Below are positions 8,790 to 18,842 of a DNA stretch of 64,000 bases, piece by piece. The DNA lies in the IMG/VR virus record IMGVR_UViG_3300035047_000236; one strand, 5' to 3'. The translations under genes and the position numbers were made by a program. Below the pieces are notes generated by a model. That model was given only the letters and a program-made list of their open reading frames with translations, made no database searches and was not told the DNA's origin. Source of the stretch: a virus. Each line of letters opens with the position of its first letter. Position 1 is the first letter of the stretch.

Positions 8790-11498
8790 TTACTTAATTC
8801 TATATATTATAGGTGTTATTTTTACATCTCTTGTTTTTCCACCTATCTCAAATCTGATACTATCATAATCTATTCCTGTATCGTTTATGCCATAAACTTG
8901 AATACTTACTTCATCATGATCTAGTGGCAGCCCCTCTTTGCATTTGCCTGGAACAACATTATCTGGGTCAAACCAAGGGCCTGTGCTTTCTGTACAATAA
9001 AAAGTCCACCCGCTTCTCATAAAATTTCTATTACCAGATAGATCAAAAACCTCTACTAAAACATAAACTTCTTCTTTGTAGTGAAACCACTCTTCAATAA
9101 CACATGTGACATAGTAATGATTATAATCTATCTTATTGTATACAAACTCTACTTCTACATTATTTACATAAACAACTAAAGTTTCTATATCTATACCTTC
9201 TCCTAAATCAAAAACCTCAAAAGTTATGTCTGTATTTATTGGAACATTGTATGCTTCAGTAGAAGGAATGTTATTTATTATAAATGGTTTTTTATAATCT
9301 GGTATTATTTTAAACCAATAAGACACATTTAATATGTTTGGAACTGGTGCATGATCATAGACTTCTATTTCTACATAAATTGTAGAATTGTGGTGAAACT
9401 TTTCTGGAAATATATAGCTAAAGTCTATACCCTCTAAACCTCCACCAGCATCAAACATGGCTATATCCCCTAACTCCTCTATATTAAAAGGGTCTAACAT
9501 ACCTAAGTATGAGTCTTCCGTTATTTTTATTTTTAATGTAGAAGGATCTAAACTATAAGAAAAAGGCCTAAGTCTAATCCAATATTCTATTTCAGTATAA
9601 TTTTTTTCTGACCAAAACTTAGGTCTTGCTTCTTCTATAAACACATATTGATTTATTACAGAACTAACAGTATGACCATAACTTAAATGTCTGCTTATAT
9701 AGTTTTGGCTTATATATAATTCATCAGATGATTCATTTACTGTCATAACTTTAATATAGTGTTTATCTGTATTATAAGGTCCATGAAACAGCAAATTCTC
9801 TTGTAAAACAGGAACCTCAGGAAAAGATGATCTATCTTGATTTTTCCACTGATCTCTCCATATTTCTAAATTATTAAATGTTGGTTGATATACAGAGTAT
9901 ATAAGTTTTGCACCATAATCAAGTATACTTATATCTATATTTCTACCTTCTATTGTAGGCTGACCATACCAATGTCCTACCCATACCCATTCACCGCCAG
10001 GAAAAGATCTTCTGACATAATTCAAAATATTAACACCCATAGATAGTTCTTCTGGTTGAGATATAATATTTATGTCCCCATTAAATTCTTCGTCCAAATT
10101 AAATAGTTTAAACTCTGATGAATAGAACTCATATGTAGGAATTAATAACTTACCTACAACATATTGGCTCCCATTTACAGTATTACCACCATCAGATCTT
10201 GCATAAACTACATTGTTTCCTGTATAATTAGTTCCAGATGTATACTGAACACTGCACATACCATTAGAATCTGTAGTCACTACTCCATCAGAAGGATCTA
10301 AAACTTTTCCTGGGTCATTTGATGAGTAAAGTGTTACATTCCTTCCTACCAACCCCACACCAAATTGATCTCTAATTATAGAGTATATAACATTAGTATC
10401 ATGATAACCAAGTATATTTCTGCCACTAAATGTAGTAACAGAATGAGTGTATGGGTCTAAAGAATCTACTAAATAATTATATGTTGACCATGTTGTAATT
10501 GTTGAATTACCTGAATCATCGAATAAAACCTCTTCTTTTTGTAATCTAAAAAAATCTGAAGAAACTATATCTATATCATAAACTGATACATAATTTACCT
10601 TATCTGGTTTAGTTATATGCATACATTGAGATTTTATGACCTCATCATTATCAGCATTAAAGTGAAGTAAATTTGTTCCTTTTACAAAACTTAGTGTATT
10701 AAAGTAGTCATTCCAAACAGCATTAAATACATCTTTATATTCCCCACTTAATTTTTTATCTTTTACTTCTCCATAATTATTATGGTCCAATCTATATAAA
10801 ACACCATTTGTTGTTGGAGAACTTATATCACTAAACAAATAAAGATCCTTAAACACAACAACACTATCTCCCTGAACATACTCATACTTGGTAGGTATAT
10901 AACCATCATAAGTTTTAATTTCTATAGTATTACCATTTACTGAATGAACATAAGCCTCCTCTACTACACCTAAATTAGTAACATCATTAGAAGGGCCTAT
11001 AAGCACAGTATCATATTTTGATATGCCGCTGGTTGTGGTAAGTTGTATCTCACCAGTTCCTGTAGAAACATGCCAATCTAATTCAGTTTTAATATTCTCT
11101 ACAGCAAAAGAATTTCCATTAAATATATTAGAAGGGTTACTATTAAGATAAAAACTATTGTCTAAGTCTAAAGTATAATCTGAATTATCTACCTTCCACC
11201 TTCTAATTATATTTCCAGAAGAAGATAGTTCAAGTGTATAAAACACAGCACCATCATAAAAACTATTCTGGTTATGTTTACCAACATACTTTATACTTAT
11301 AAAATTAGGATCTTCGGAAGAATAAGGTGCTATTTTAAGAATATTTGATGGGCTGAAAAAATATGTTCTAATTAAAGTACCACTGTTATTTTTTACTTGT
11401 AGTGATACAGGGTATGATTGATTATTTACTGAGCAGTATGTACCTATCTGAGGTCCAACACAGAAATTTGATCTTTGTAATCTTATATTTTCTGGCAT
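8790..11498 (-). CDS. tail appendage protein with Big_1 (invasin/intimin-type) Ig domain and further Ig-like modules
   Basis: IRDQFGVGLVGRNVTL...TTDSNGMCSVQY is a Big_1 pattern. DYKKPFIINNIP...VPINTDITFEVFD is an Ig-like module. N-terminal domain is paralogous to the two upstream genes. Confidence 0.65.
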   Translation of the reverse strand: MPENIRLQRSNFCVGPQIGTYCSVNNQSYPVSLQVKNNSGTLIRTYFFSPSNILKIAPYSSEDPNFISIKYVGKHNQNSFYDGAVFYTLELSSSGNIIRRWKVDNSDYTLDLDNSFYLNSNPSNIFNGNSFAVENIKTELDWHVSTGTGEIQLTTTSGISKYDTVLIGPSNDVTNLGVVEEAYVHSVNGNTIEIKTYDGYIPTKYEYVQGDSVVVFKDLYLFSDISSPTTNGVLYRLDHNNYGEVKDKKLSGEYKDVFNAVWNDYFNTLSFVKGTNLLHFNADNDEVIKSQCMHITKPDKVNYVSVYDIDIVSSDFFRLQKEEVLFDDSGNSTITTWSTYNYLVDSLDPYTHSVTTFSGRNILGYHDTNVIYSIIRDQFGVGLVGRNVTLYSSNDPGKVLDPSDGVVTTDSNGMCSVQYTSGTNYTGNNVVYARSDGGNTVNGSQYVVGKLLIPTYEFYSSEFKLFNLDEEFNGDINIISQPEELSMGVNILNYVRRSFPGGEWVWVGHWYGQPTIEGRNIDISILDYGAKLIYSVYQPTFNNLEIWRDQWKNQDRSSFPEVPVLQENLLFHGPYNTDKHYIKVMTVNESSDELYISQNYISRHLSYGHTVSSVINQYVFIEEARPKFWSEKNYTEIEYWIRLRPFSYSLDPSTLKIKITEDSYLGMLDPFNIEELGDIAMFDAGGGLEGIDFSYIFPEKFHHNSTIYVEIEVYDHAPVPNILNVSYWFKIIPDYKKPFIINNIPSTEAYNVPINTDITFEVFDLGEGIDIETLVVYVNNVEVEFVYNKIDYNHYYVTCVIEEWFHYKEEVYVLVEVFDLSGNRNFMRSGWTFYCTESTGPWFDPDNVVPGKCKEGLPLDHDEVSIQVYGINDTGIDYDSIRFEIGGKTRDVKITPIIYRIK

Positions 11499-11506
11499 CT
11501 TTCCTC

Positions 11507-12724
11507 CTAATCATACTGTGTTATATATGCCGATATAGTCACGCTTTTTGGTGTTATACCTGATCTATAGTAAGAAGTTGCTACTCCTTGAAGATTTGTA
11601 AGTGGTTGTGGTATAGTCATGTAACCATACTCATCATCACTATCTGAAAATCTAACTACTTTATTAACTGCAGGTTCTCCATACTGATCTTGAACTACAA
11701 CAAACGAGCTTAATATACTTCTGCCATCACTAGGAACTATTTTAGGAAAAGTATCTATAGTAACAGAGTCAACAAAAGATCTTAATGTGGATGATTGATA
11801 GTTATAAGTGCTTTGACTATAGTTACTTCCAAAATAAGTCATATAATTCTGCAATCTAAATAAAGTATCTCCTACTATTTCTATTTCCTTTATAGGAGTA
11901 ACAGTTACACTATCTGTCCTTATATTATCCAATAACATAGTTTTAGTTATTGCTTTAGAAGTTATATTAAAAAACCTCAATGTATTAGAAAAAACAAACA
12001 CTATGTATCTATCATCATCGAAGTAAAACGAGCTAGCATCTATATTAGACAAATCAGAGTCCTCAAATATATAGTCTATATCATCTTTAGCTATATTGAA
12101 CCTATTTAGAGTAGGAGAAGGTACTTTATGGTTATAATTATTAAACAACCAAATGTTATTAACAAAAGAAACTTTTTCTCCTACATTATGATCATATTTA
12201 ACAAAAAAATCAAGACCATAAAGATTTTCACTTATGGTACCAGTAACAGTTACATCTTCATAGAACCCATTATGATTTGGACCTATAGATAGAACTGATC
12301 CTGGAAGTATATAATCATTACTTCCGTCTAAATATATATTAGAATCACCATAAGATACTCCTGATGCTACAGTAGACGTGTAATTCTCTATAGCCATACT
12401 ATTTGCCGCATAATTAAAATTTGTGCTTGAACTACTAAGATTGATACTTTCTATTAAATTACAAAAGTAGTTCTCTATTCTCCACTTTTTTATTATTCTA
12501 TCTAAAGAGGTAGTCCCTTGTTGTATTGTCCAAAAGTTTATACCATCAAAACAGGTAGAAAGAACTTGGTTTGTTCCTAAAGGTGGGTTAGTTGGATAAG
12601 TAAATGCTACAGAACCACTAGAATTTTTCTTATATAATGTATTTTCATTGTGTCTAAAAAAGAAAAAATATCCATCTGAAACAGTAAAGCTCGGATATGG
12701 TATCCTTATATTCTCATAAGCCAT
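11507..12724 (-). CDS. tail appendage protein with C-terminal Big_1 Ig domain
   Basis: VQDQYGEPAVNKVVRF...TNLQGVATSYY. Paralog of both neighbours. Confidence 0.65.
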   Translation of the reverse strand: MAYENIRIPYPSFTVSDGYFFFFRHNENTLYKKNSSGSVAFTYPTNPPLGTNQVLSTCFDGINFWTIQQGTTSLDRIIKKWRIENYFCNLIESINLSSSSTNFNYAANSMAIENYTSTVASGVSYGDSNIYLDGSNDYILPGSVLSIGPNHNGFYEDVTVTGTISENLYGLDFFVKYDHNVGEKVSFVNNIWLFNNYNHKVPSPTLNRFNIAKDDIDYIFEDSDLSNIDASSFYFDDDRYIVFVFSNTLRFFNITSKAITKTMLLDNIRTDSVTVTPIKEIEIVGDTLFRLQNYMTYFGSNYSQSTYNYQSSTLRSFVDSVTIDTFPKIVPSDGRSILSSFVVVQDQYGEPAVNKVVRFSDSDDEYGYMTIPQPLTNLQGVATSYYRSGITPKSVTISAYITQYD

Positions 12725-13954
12725 TTATACCTGGTTTACCTTTGCTATTATTTTTACAAGTCTAGCTGAAAGACCAGAAGTATATGTTGACAAAGCTTCA
12801 CCGTTAGAATCTGTGTTAACTCCTCCATCTCCTGAAGACATCTCACCATCCACATCATCATCTTCAAAATACACAAGCCTTGCTGCTATTGGTTGACCAA
12901 ACTGGTCTTTTACCCTAGCCACTATGTCAGAAGTACTTACTTTATTTGCGGCTATAACATTAGGACTAGCTGTTAAAGAAATAGAAGCAACCATAGAATT
13001 AAAAGTAGCAGGTTGATAACTGTATTGACTCCAAGTTTTAGTTAAGCCAAAATATGTAGCTTTTAATTGTAGTCTATAAAGATTTTTATCTTTAACAGAT
13101 ATGTCATATACTGGAATAATAGTTACTTCGTTACTTTCTATTGTATCCATAGCCATAGAACCATAATAACTAAAAGGACTAGTATTAGTATTAATAAATA
13201 ATAAATTACTAGCTTTAACGAACATTAAAGAATTGACAGCCCCGTGTTCAATAAAATGATCTACTTCGCTAAATGTACATGCTTTTATATCCCTATAAGC
13301 GCCACTTTCTGTTTTCTGTATAACAGATCCAGAATAAGCATTTATCTTATATAGAGCACCTTTAGAAGTATCTGTACCATCAGCATTATTAAACATCCAT
13401 ATATAATTATAAAACAATAAGTCATCACCATCAGTGTAACTACCAGTTATAGGACTAGATAATATTATATTGTTCCCAGAAACATGCTGTACATTTATTG
13501 TCTCAAAAGATGTTGATGATTTTATACTTACTGACATACCGCTTGCTAAATCTCCTGGCATATCCCCTTGTATATAAATACTGTTGTCTCCTGGTGTATA
13601 TGTACCACTCAAAGAACAATGGTAATGCTCTACAGTAAAAGCCTCAGAAGAAAAAACATGGGAAGGGTTACTTAAATTTATTGTCTGCTTTAGCCTACAT
13701 GTATAATTTTCTATCCTCCATCTCCTTATTATCATACTATCTGCAGCACCAGACTCCATAGACCAAAAATTTGTGCCATCATGCTCAGCACTTAAAACAG
13801 TAGAACTCATAAGAGTATCAAACGGATAAGAAAAAGAGGTAGAGCCATCATCAGTTTTTGCTAATAACATATCTGTATCATCATCAAACATAAAAAAGTA
13901 ACCATCCACATTAGTCATATGAGGTTTTCTAAACTTTAGATTTTGTTCTGGCAT
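12725..13954 (-). CDS. tail appendage protein with C-terminal Big_1 Ig domain
   Basis: VKDQFGQPIAARLVYF...TDSNGEALSTY. Shares FDGxNFW and IIxxWRIENYxC motifs with 11507..12724. Confidence 0.65.
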   Translation of the reverse strand: MPEQNLKFRKPHMTNVDGYFFMFDDDTDMLLAKTDDGSTSFSYPFDTLMSSTVLSAEHDGTNFWSMESGAADSMIIRRWRIENYTCRLKQTINLSNPSHVFSSEAFTVEHYHCSLSGTYTPGDNSIYIQGDMPGDLASGMSVSIKSSTSFETINVQHVSGNNIILSSPITGSYTDGDDLLFYNYIWMFNNADGTDTSKGALYKINAYSGSVIQKTESGAYRDIKACTFSEVDHFIEHGAVNSLMFVKASNLLFINTNTSPFSYYGSMAMDTIESNEVTIIPVYDISVKDKNLYRLQLKATYFGLTKTWSQYSYQPATFNSMVASISLTASPNVIAANKVSTSDIVARVKDQFGQPIAARLVYFEDDDVDGEMSSGDGGVNTDSNGEALSTYTSGLSARLVKIIAKVNQV

Positions 13955-13964
13955 ACACTATCTC

Positions 13965-14483
13965 CTAATCACCATAAAAATTTCTAATAACTTTTTTTGG
14001 AGCCCATTTTATATTATATTTAAAAGGGTTTCCGTTTATAAAACATTCATCTGTTATGTCAAAGTCAACATAACCGTTATTTAAATAAATCCTAGCATCA
14101 GACATATCTATACCAGAGGCGGGTTTAGAATCAATTATATCCAATTTAATGCTAGAAGAAATTTCAACCTCATTTCCTAAAGGGTATGCACTTTCAACAT
14201 ATGGGGCTTTGGTGTCGTCATACAATATACCCCAATCAACTTTATTAGCAACTATAGAAATTGCATCCTCTATTAAAGAATCTAAATTGTTGTGGTCACC
14301 TATGTCGGTTTTATATGCAGGACTTACTTTAGACCCACTTATAGAAGTTACAGTCGTACCAACCTCTATAGTAAAAATAGGATCTCCATCATCAGTATTA
14401 ATATCTGTAAATTTTGGTATATTTACATTTACTTTAGCTGCTTTGTAGTCAGTTAAACTATTCTTTAATATTATATAAGCCAT
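13965..14483 (-). CDS. structural protein with Ig-like module
   Basis: DDTKAPYVESAYP...SSSIKLDIID...GIDMS resembles the Ig-like module of 8790..11498. Confidence 0.5.
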   Translation of the reverse strand: MAYIILKNSLTDYKAAKVNVNIPKFTDINTDDGDPIFTIEVGTTVTSISGSKVSPAYKTDIGDHNNLDSLIEDAISIVANKVDWGILYDDTKAPYVESAYPLGNEVEISSSIKLDIIDSKPASGIDMSDARIYLNNGYVDFDITDECFINGNPFKYNIKWAPKKVIRNFYGD

Positions 14484-15042
14484 TTTTTATTATGTCTTTT
14501 ATATCTGGTAAATTTTTGTATCTATCTAAATCACCTTTAATCTTGTTACTATCGACTTCTATAAAAATTATAGACGGTCCTACTATATTGTTATAGATAC
14601 CTATCACTTTTTTTAACTCTGTTTTATTACTAAAATACTGTGTAAAATTATACATAAAAAATCCCATATTAAATAAAACACTGTACATTGATTTTACAGA
14701 GTTACTTAGTGTAAGATGTGATAGATTTTCTGAGTACTTTCCTGTATTTAAAACAAAAATAATTATATTATTGCAATTACTTATAGATGTTTGTACAAGA
14801 GAGGATAAATACCTAAGTATTAAGTAATCTTCAACAAAAACCAAAACTTTATTATTATTACTTATAGCTAAACCTATAGAAAAAGAAAAAACATCAAAAT
14901 TATCATCCACAACATATAAATTTTTATTGTGGCTTAAAAAACATTCTTCCGCAATTATCCTCTTACCGTAACATATATTTATATTATCTTCACCAACTAA
15001 TTCTGATAAGTATAACATAGACTTATTCAAATTAATAGTCAC
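14458..15042 (-). CDS. degenerate ThDP-enzyme PP-domain protein (sulfopyruvate/phosphonopyruvate decarboxylase beta, ComE-like)
   Basis: SFSIGLAISNNNKVLVFVEDYLILRYLSSL...NIIIFVLNTGKY and the terminal GPSIIFIEV match the ComE layout (SIGLGLAL...KVxVIDGDGSLLMNLGSL...NLIIIVLDNGxY, GPxxIxV). The GDG motif is replaced by EDY. Confidence 0.6.
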   Translation of the reverse strand: MTINLNKSMLYLSELVGEDNINICYGKRIIAEECFLSHNKNLYVVDDNFDVFSFSIGLAISNNNKVLVFVEDYLILRYLSSLVQTSISNCNNIIIFVLNTGKYSENLSHLTLSNSVKSMYSVLFNMGFFMYNFTQYFSNKTELKKVIGIYNNIVGPSIIFIEVDSNKIKGDLDRYKNLPDIKDIIKNGLYNIKE

Positions 15043-15050
15043 AAAAACCT

Positions 15051-15434
15051 CTAAAATTTATCATTAAAAATTATTGCTGCTGGTTTATTTTTTTCAATTA
15101 TATACTCTTCAACAGTATGTATTGAATTAACTCCGCAGTATTCAAAACCTTTTACATTCTTAAAATCACTACCATTATCTGTAATGATCAACATAGGCAG
15201 AATAATGTTATTATACTCAGACAAGAAGTCACTTTTTATTAATAAACACACATCGTTTCCACTAAATATAACACCGTTTGATATATTAACTGCAATTGAA
15301 TTATTTATAGTAGGTATAAAATGTAAAAAATCTGGAGACATAGAATTATAAATGAAATCTAAATCTTCAAAAACCTTGCCTACAAAAAGTTTATGCCCCT
15401 TATCTTTACACAATATATTCCAAAAATGTTTCAT
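15051..15434 (-). CDS. degenerate ThDP-enzyme Pyr-domain protein (ComD-like / Ppd N-terminus)
   Basis: FWNIL..KGHKLFVG...FIPTINNSIAVNISNGVIFSGNDVCLLIKS matches F..L...G..FF.GVP...YI.A.NE..AVAIAAGA.LAG...VVLMQNS. The NE glutamate appears to be replaced by Asn. Confidence 0.5.
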   Translation of the reverse strand: MKHFWNILCKDKGHKLFVGKVFEDLDFIYNSMSPDFLHFIPTINNSIAVNISNGVIFSGNDVCLLIKSDFLSEYNNIILPMLIITDNGSDFKNVKGFEYCGVNSIHTVEEYIIEKNKPAAIIFNDKF

Positions 15435-15439
15435 TATAA

Positions 15440-16420
15440 TTAACTACTATAATCTATTTGATTCATCATTACCTTAACACCATACCTAACTAATTGATCT
15501 ATACTATCAAACCAACTAGTTGGTTTTGCTTCTGGGTCCTGATATCTTAATAACTGTATTTTAGCTTCTCCACCTGCATATGAATTTGTAATTGCAGAAT
15601 ATCCGTTTTCCACCAACGTTGCAACCTTTATTAGGGAATCTGTTGTTCCAGATAAAGAAACAAAGTAATCAGTATTAACACCATCAGTAATCATAAAAGG
15701 CATACCCTCCTGAGCACCAAGCCCAGTATTAACTGAAACATCAGATGTGTCTGGAGAATATGAGGTATTTAAAAGAGTCTCATTTACGGCTATATTTGCT
15801 AAACTATAACTGGTGGTTGGTAAATCAAATCCCAACACTGACGCACAACCACTACTATCTCCGTCCTCTACTATAACAGAAGATCTGTAATTTCCAGTGT
15901 AACTGCTGGAAACGCTACCTGAAACTATTATAAATTTGTTGTTTTTAAACTCCACAGATGCATTTCTATAAGCATTAGTAAAACCAATATCAGCTGTCTC
16001 TATGTAATTGGCTATAGATCTTATTTTTTGTTTCAACTCTTCTGCTATAACTTGTCCATGAACAGGAGTACCATCACTATTAGGAGTAAGTTCTATATTA
16101 TAAAACCCATCACCAGAGGAACCACTTATAGTAGCATCCATTCTAATTTTCAATGTATTATGTGTATCATCTATAGAAAATTTTCCAGACGCTCCAGCAA
16201 ATCCGGAGCTTTTGCACCAACCTGAAATTAAATCTGTGATGTATAGAGACTGTATAGCTGTCCTGCCAGCGTTATCACTATATGCAGATGTACTTGTTTG
16301 TAAAACATACTTTTCGTCACCCTCAACATTAGTTGGTACTATACTAGCTATATCTACAGACACTCTTTTTACTGTACCAGGAAAATTTATTAAATCCTGT
16401 GTATCAATGTTTATTGCCAT
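15440..16420 (-). CDS. virion structural protein
   Basis: 326 aa. Segment KFIIVSGSVSS...SSVIV...ASVLGF resembles RFEIYSGTLGSSSSVVV...GPTLGF in 3652..5226. Confidence 0.55.
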   Translation of the reverse strand: MAINIDTQDLINFPGTVKRVSVDIASIVPTNVEGDEKYVLQTSTSAYSDNAGRTAIQSLYITDLISGWCKSSGFAGASGKFSIDDTHNTLKIRMDATISGSSGDGFYNIELTPNSDGTPVHGQVIAEELKQKIRSIANYIETADIGFTNAYRNASVEFKNNKFIIVSGSVSSSYTGNYRSSVIVEDGDSSGCASVLGFDLPTTSYSLANIAVNETLLNTSYSPDTSDVSVNTGLGAQEGMPFMITDGVNTDYFVSLSGTTDSLIKVATLVENGYSAITNSYAGGEAKIQLLRYQDPEAKPTSWFDSIDQLVRYGVKVMMNQIDYSS

Positions 16421-16434
16421 TTTTTTAATTCCTC

Positions 16435-16923
16435 CTATCTATAAAAATATTTTTTTCCGTTTAAAATAAAATAAGTACAACCTATATAAGTACACTCAAA
16501 ACCCCAAACACTTCCTCTTACTGTTGATTTCATATAATAAACAACACCTGAATTCTCATGGTCAACTTTAGTAGGAATAGGGTCTGTCTCTGATAGACCC
16601 AACAAATGCTTAGTTCTTAAATCACTGCTCTGTGTAGAATAAGGACAAGGAGCCCAACAGTGCCCAACTTTATTATCATGTACTTTATTTTTAGGTAAAT
16701 TGCCATATCTATCAGTACCAACCTTTATAAACCAATATAGCCATTTATCAAAAGGAACATAACCATTAGAAGAAACCCAATTATTGTATTTGTCTATATC
16801 TCCTAACATTAACGGTAAATAATCAGGGTCATCCAAAAATCTTTGACCTAGTGAATACCTTACCTCTTTCCATATTTCCTGATTAGTAGTACCAGAAACC
16901 GATATACAATTATGACTATGCAT
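16435..16923 (-). CDS. hypothetical protein, possible zinc binding
   Basis: HCWAPCPY and FECTYIGC motifs. Confidence 0.55.
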   Translation of the reverse strand: MHSHNCISVSGTTNQEIWKEVRYSLGQRFLDDPDYLPLMLGDIDKYNNWVSSNGYVPFDKWLYWFIKVGTDRYGNLPKNKVHDNKVGHCWAPCPYSTQSSDLRTKHLLGLSETDPIPTKVDHENSGVVYYMKSTVRGSVWGFECTYIGCTYFILNGKKYFYR

Positions 16924-17353
16924 TAGAAAACCTATATAAATAATTATCTGAATTAACTAGATATGTCTTATAAAGTAAATTATTTCCGTGCTTTTCAGGG
17001 GTATGGTTACTAGTATCTATAACAAAAAAATCATCTTTTTTTAATGTAGGAACATTATTTAATTCATATTTTCCATACAATGTAGCATTATCCAATAACA
17101 CTATATTGCCGTCTTTGGAATAATGCCTATCTTTCCATGAAAAATTACCAACATACACTCCCCTGACTAATTTAATATATTGAGAATAAAAATCTAACAT
17201 TATACTATCGTTATGTTTGATCTCTTCTGCTATACTTATCGCTGGGCCTGAAAAAAAAGCTCCATCGAAAAAACAAACACCTTTTTTATTATAACTGACA
17301 CCTTCCCATCTAATTTCTAATTTAAACATTTCTGATATAAAAAAATCTTTCAT
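16916..17353 (-). CDS. hypothetical protein
   Basis: 145-aa ORF with GAGG RBS, overlapping the next start. Confidence 0.6.
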   Translation of the reverse strand: MKDFFISEMFKLEIRWEGVSYNKKGVCFFDGAFFSGPAISIAEEIKHNDSIMLDFYSQYIKLVRGVYVGNFSWKDRHYSKDGNIVLLDNATLYGKYELNNVPTLKKDDFFVIDTSNHTPEKHGNNLLYKTYLVNSDNYLYRFSNA

Positions 17354-17367
17354 AAAACCTCTCTAAA

Positions 17368-18024
17368 CTAATAATACAACGGTGTTAATGTTATAGATGC
17401 ACTACCATTACCTATATAATTTACATCAGATGTTGCTCCACCAACACCACTGACTATACCATGCTCATTTACTGACGCCCTACCTACAGAATTAGCTGAA
17501 ACACTACCAGTACTAGCAGAAGCAAAGGTGGATGAAAATGTTACACCACTATCTACACCAGATCTTTCTCCAGTAGATGATGTTATTAGTATGGTAGTAG
17601 GCAAAACCGTAGAACCTCCTGTTGAAGGTGAAGGTACGCTACCCTTATACTTTATTAACCCCCAACTTTCCTGGCCTGGTTGATCTTTAGAGTCTTTACT
17701 AAAACTATACGATTGAACATTCCATTCCCCATCCACCCCAGAAACAGCACCACTACATCCTGCTGGTGACACTGACGCTATAACAGTATCTGCATCTGTA
17801 CATGAAGTTGACGGGGTACAATTATAAGATATACCAGATCCAGGGTAAACAGTCAAACTAAGTGTTTGTGTTGGTCTATAAAATGTATGCGAAACACTAG
17901 GGTCAAAATTTCCTAAACAATAAGCATCTTGTCTTCCAGGATTATACCCCCACTGAGCTGAAACAACACACGCTGAACCAAAACTAACTGAGGTGCCTGC
18001 CCCTATTATAATGGACGTAGTCAT
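17368..18024 (-). CDS. putative tail-tip protein, tube-like fold
   Basis: VVSAQWGYNPGRQDAYCLG...PTQTLSLTVY has the strand pattern of the tube N-terminus (RVQSLGTTTSFTSEDVFELG...PAVAVTLN). Lies downstream of the TMP. Confidence 0.4.
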   Translation of the reverse strand: MTTSIIIGAGTSVSFGSACVVSAQWGYNPGRQDAYCLGNFDPSVSHTFYRPTQTLSLTVYPGSGISYNCTPSTSCTDADTVIASVSPAGCSGAVSGVDGEWNVQSYSFSKDSKDQPGQESWGLIKYKGSVPSPSTGGSTVLPTTILITSSTGERSGVDSGVTFSSTFASASTGSVSANSVGRASVNEHGIVSGVGGATSDVNYIGNGSASITLTPLYY

Positions 18025-18078
18025 AAAAACTCTCCTTTTATTTTTTTTATATTAAAAACCTATCTAGATATATATAGG

Positions 18079-18285
18079 TTACTTTATTGTTTTACATTTA
18101 ACATACATCTGATAATCACATTCATATCTTTTTTTACAATTATTACAAAACCTTCTCTTAAATGCTTCTAACCTTGCATTTATTTGTCTATCATTAAGAC
18201 TTTTTATATCTACACCGCCAGTAAAATTATAATCTTTAGAAGAAACACTTCTATTTTTATGGCTCCCACATGAACCACAGCCCAT
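18079..18285 (-). CDS. small Cys-rich protein
   Basis: MGCGSCG at the N-terminus and FCNNCKKRYEC...C at the C-terminus. GGAG RBS. Confidence 0.65.
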   Translation of the reverse strand: MGCGSCGSHKNRSVSSKDYNFTGGVDIKSLNDRQINARLEAFKRRFCNNCKKRYECDYQMYVKCKTIK

Positions 18286-18306
18286 TATTAATTATCTCCT
18301 CATATT

Positions 18307-18813
18307 CTATTTTTCTGTAACCATCGTCACAGAGGTTGAATACCAATCAGTATTAGGTATTTGTTTACAACTTAAATTATATATATAACCATTAAATCCA
18401 CTTGGAGTAGGAACGTCTGTTTCGTCTTTAGGAGTATTACTTACCACATTATAACTGATAGTAATAATACCCATATTACTGTACTGAATAGATACAGAAT
18501 CACACTCTATAAATGAATCTGATGTGGAATTACCAGAAATTATACCTGACTCAATTAAGTATCTTAATCCCCCAGATGACCCTCCACTGTACATTTCAGT
18601 AGATATTGGCAGCCTATTGAAACTTGCTGATTGCAGACCCCCACCCTGACCAACAAAAGACGATGAGTTTGGTAGAGAGTTTGTACAAGTATTAACATTT
18701 GTAGTAAGTGACTCTGCTCTAAAAGACTGGATTACAAAACTTCCTAAAGTTGTTCCTTTAGGCATTGGTGTTCCTGCCCTTAGCCTGTAATCTTTTCCGC
18801 TATACGTAGACAT
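18307..18813 (-). CDS. putative tail-tip protein
   Basis: Ser/Thr/Gly-rich 168-aa ORF in the tail-tip cluster. Confidence 0.45.
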   Translation of the reverse strand: MSTYSGKDYRLRAGTPMPKGTTLGSFVIQSFRAESLTTNVNTCTNSLPNSSSFVGQGGGLQSASFNRLPISTEMYSGGSSGGLRYLIESGIISGNSTSDSFIECDSVSIQYSNMGIITISYNVVSNTPKDETDVPTPSGFNGYIYNLSCKQIPNTDWYSTSVTMVTEK

Positions 18814-18842
18814 AAATGTTAATCTTTTTTCCTTCCAATCAA

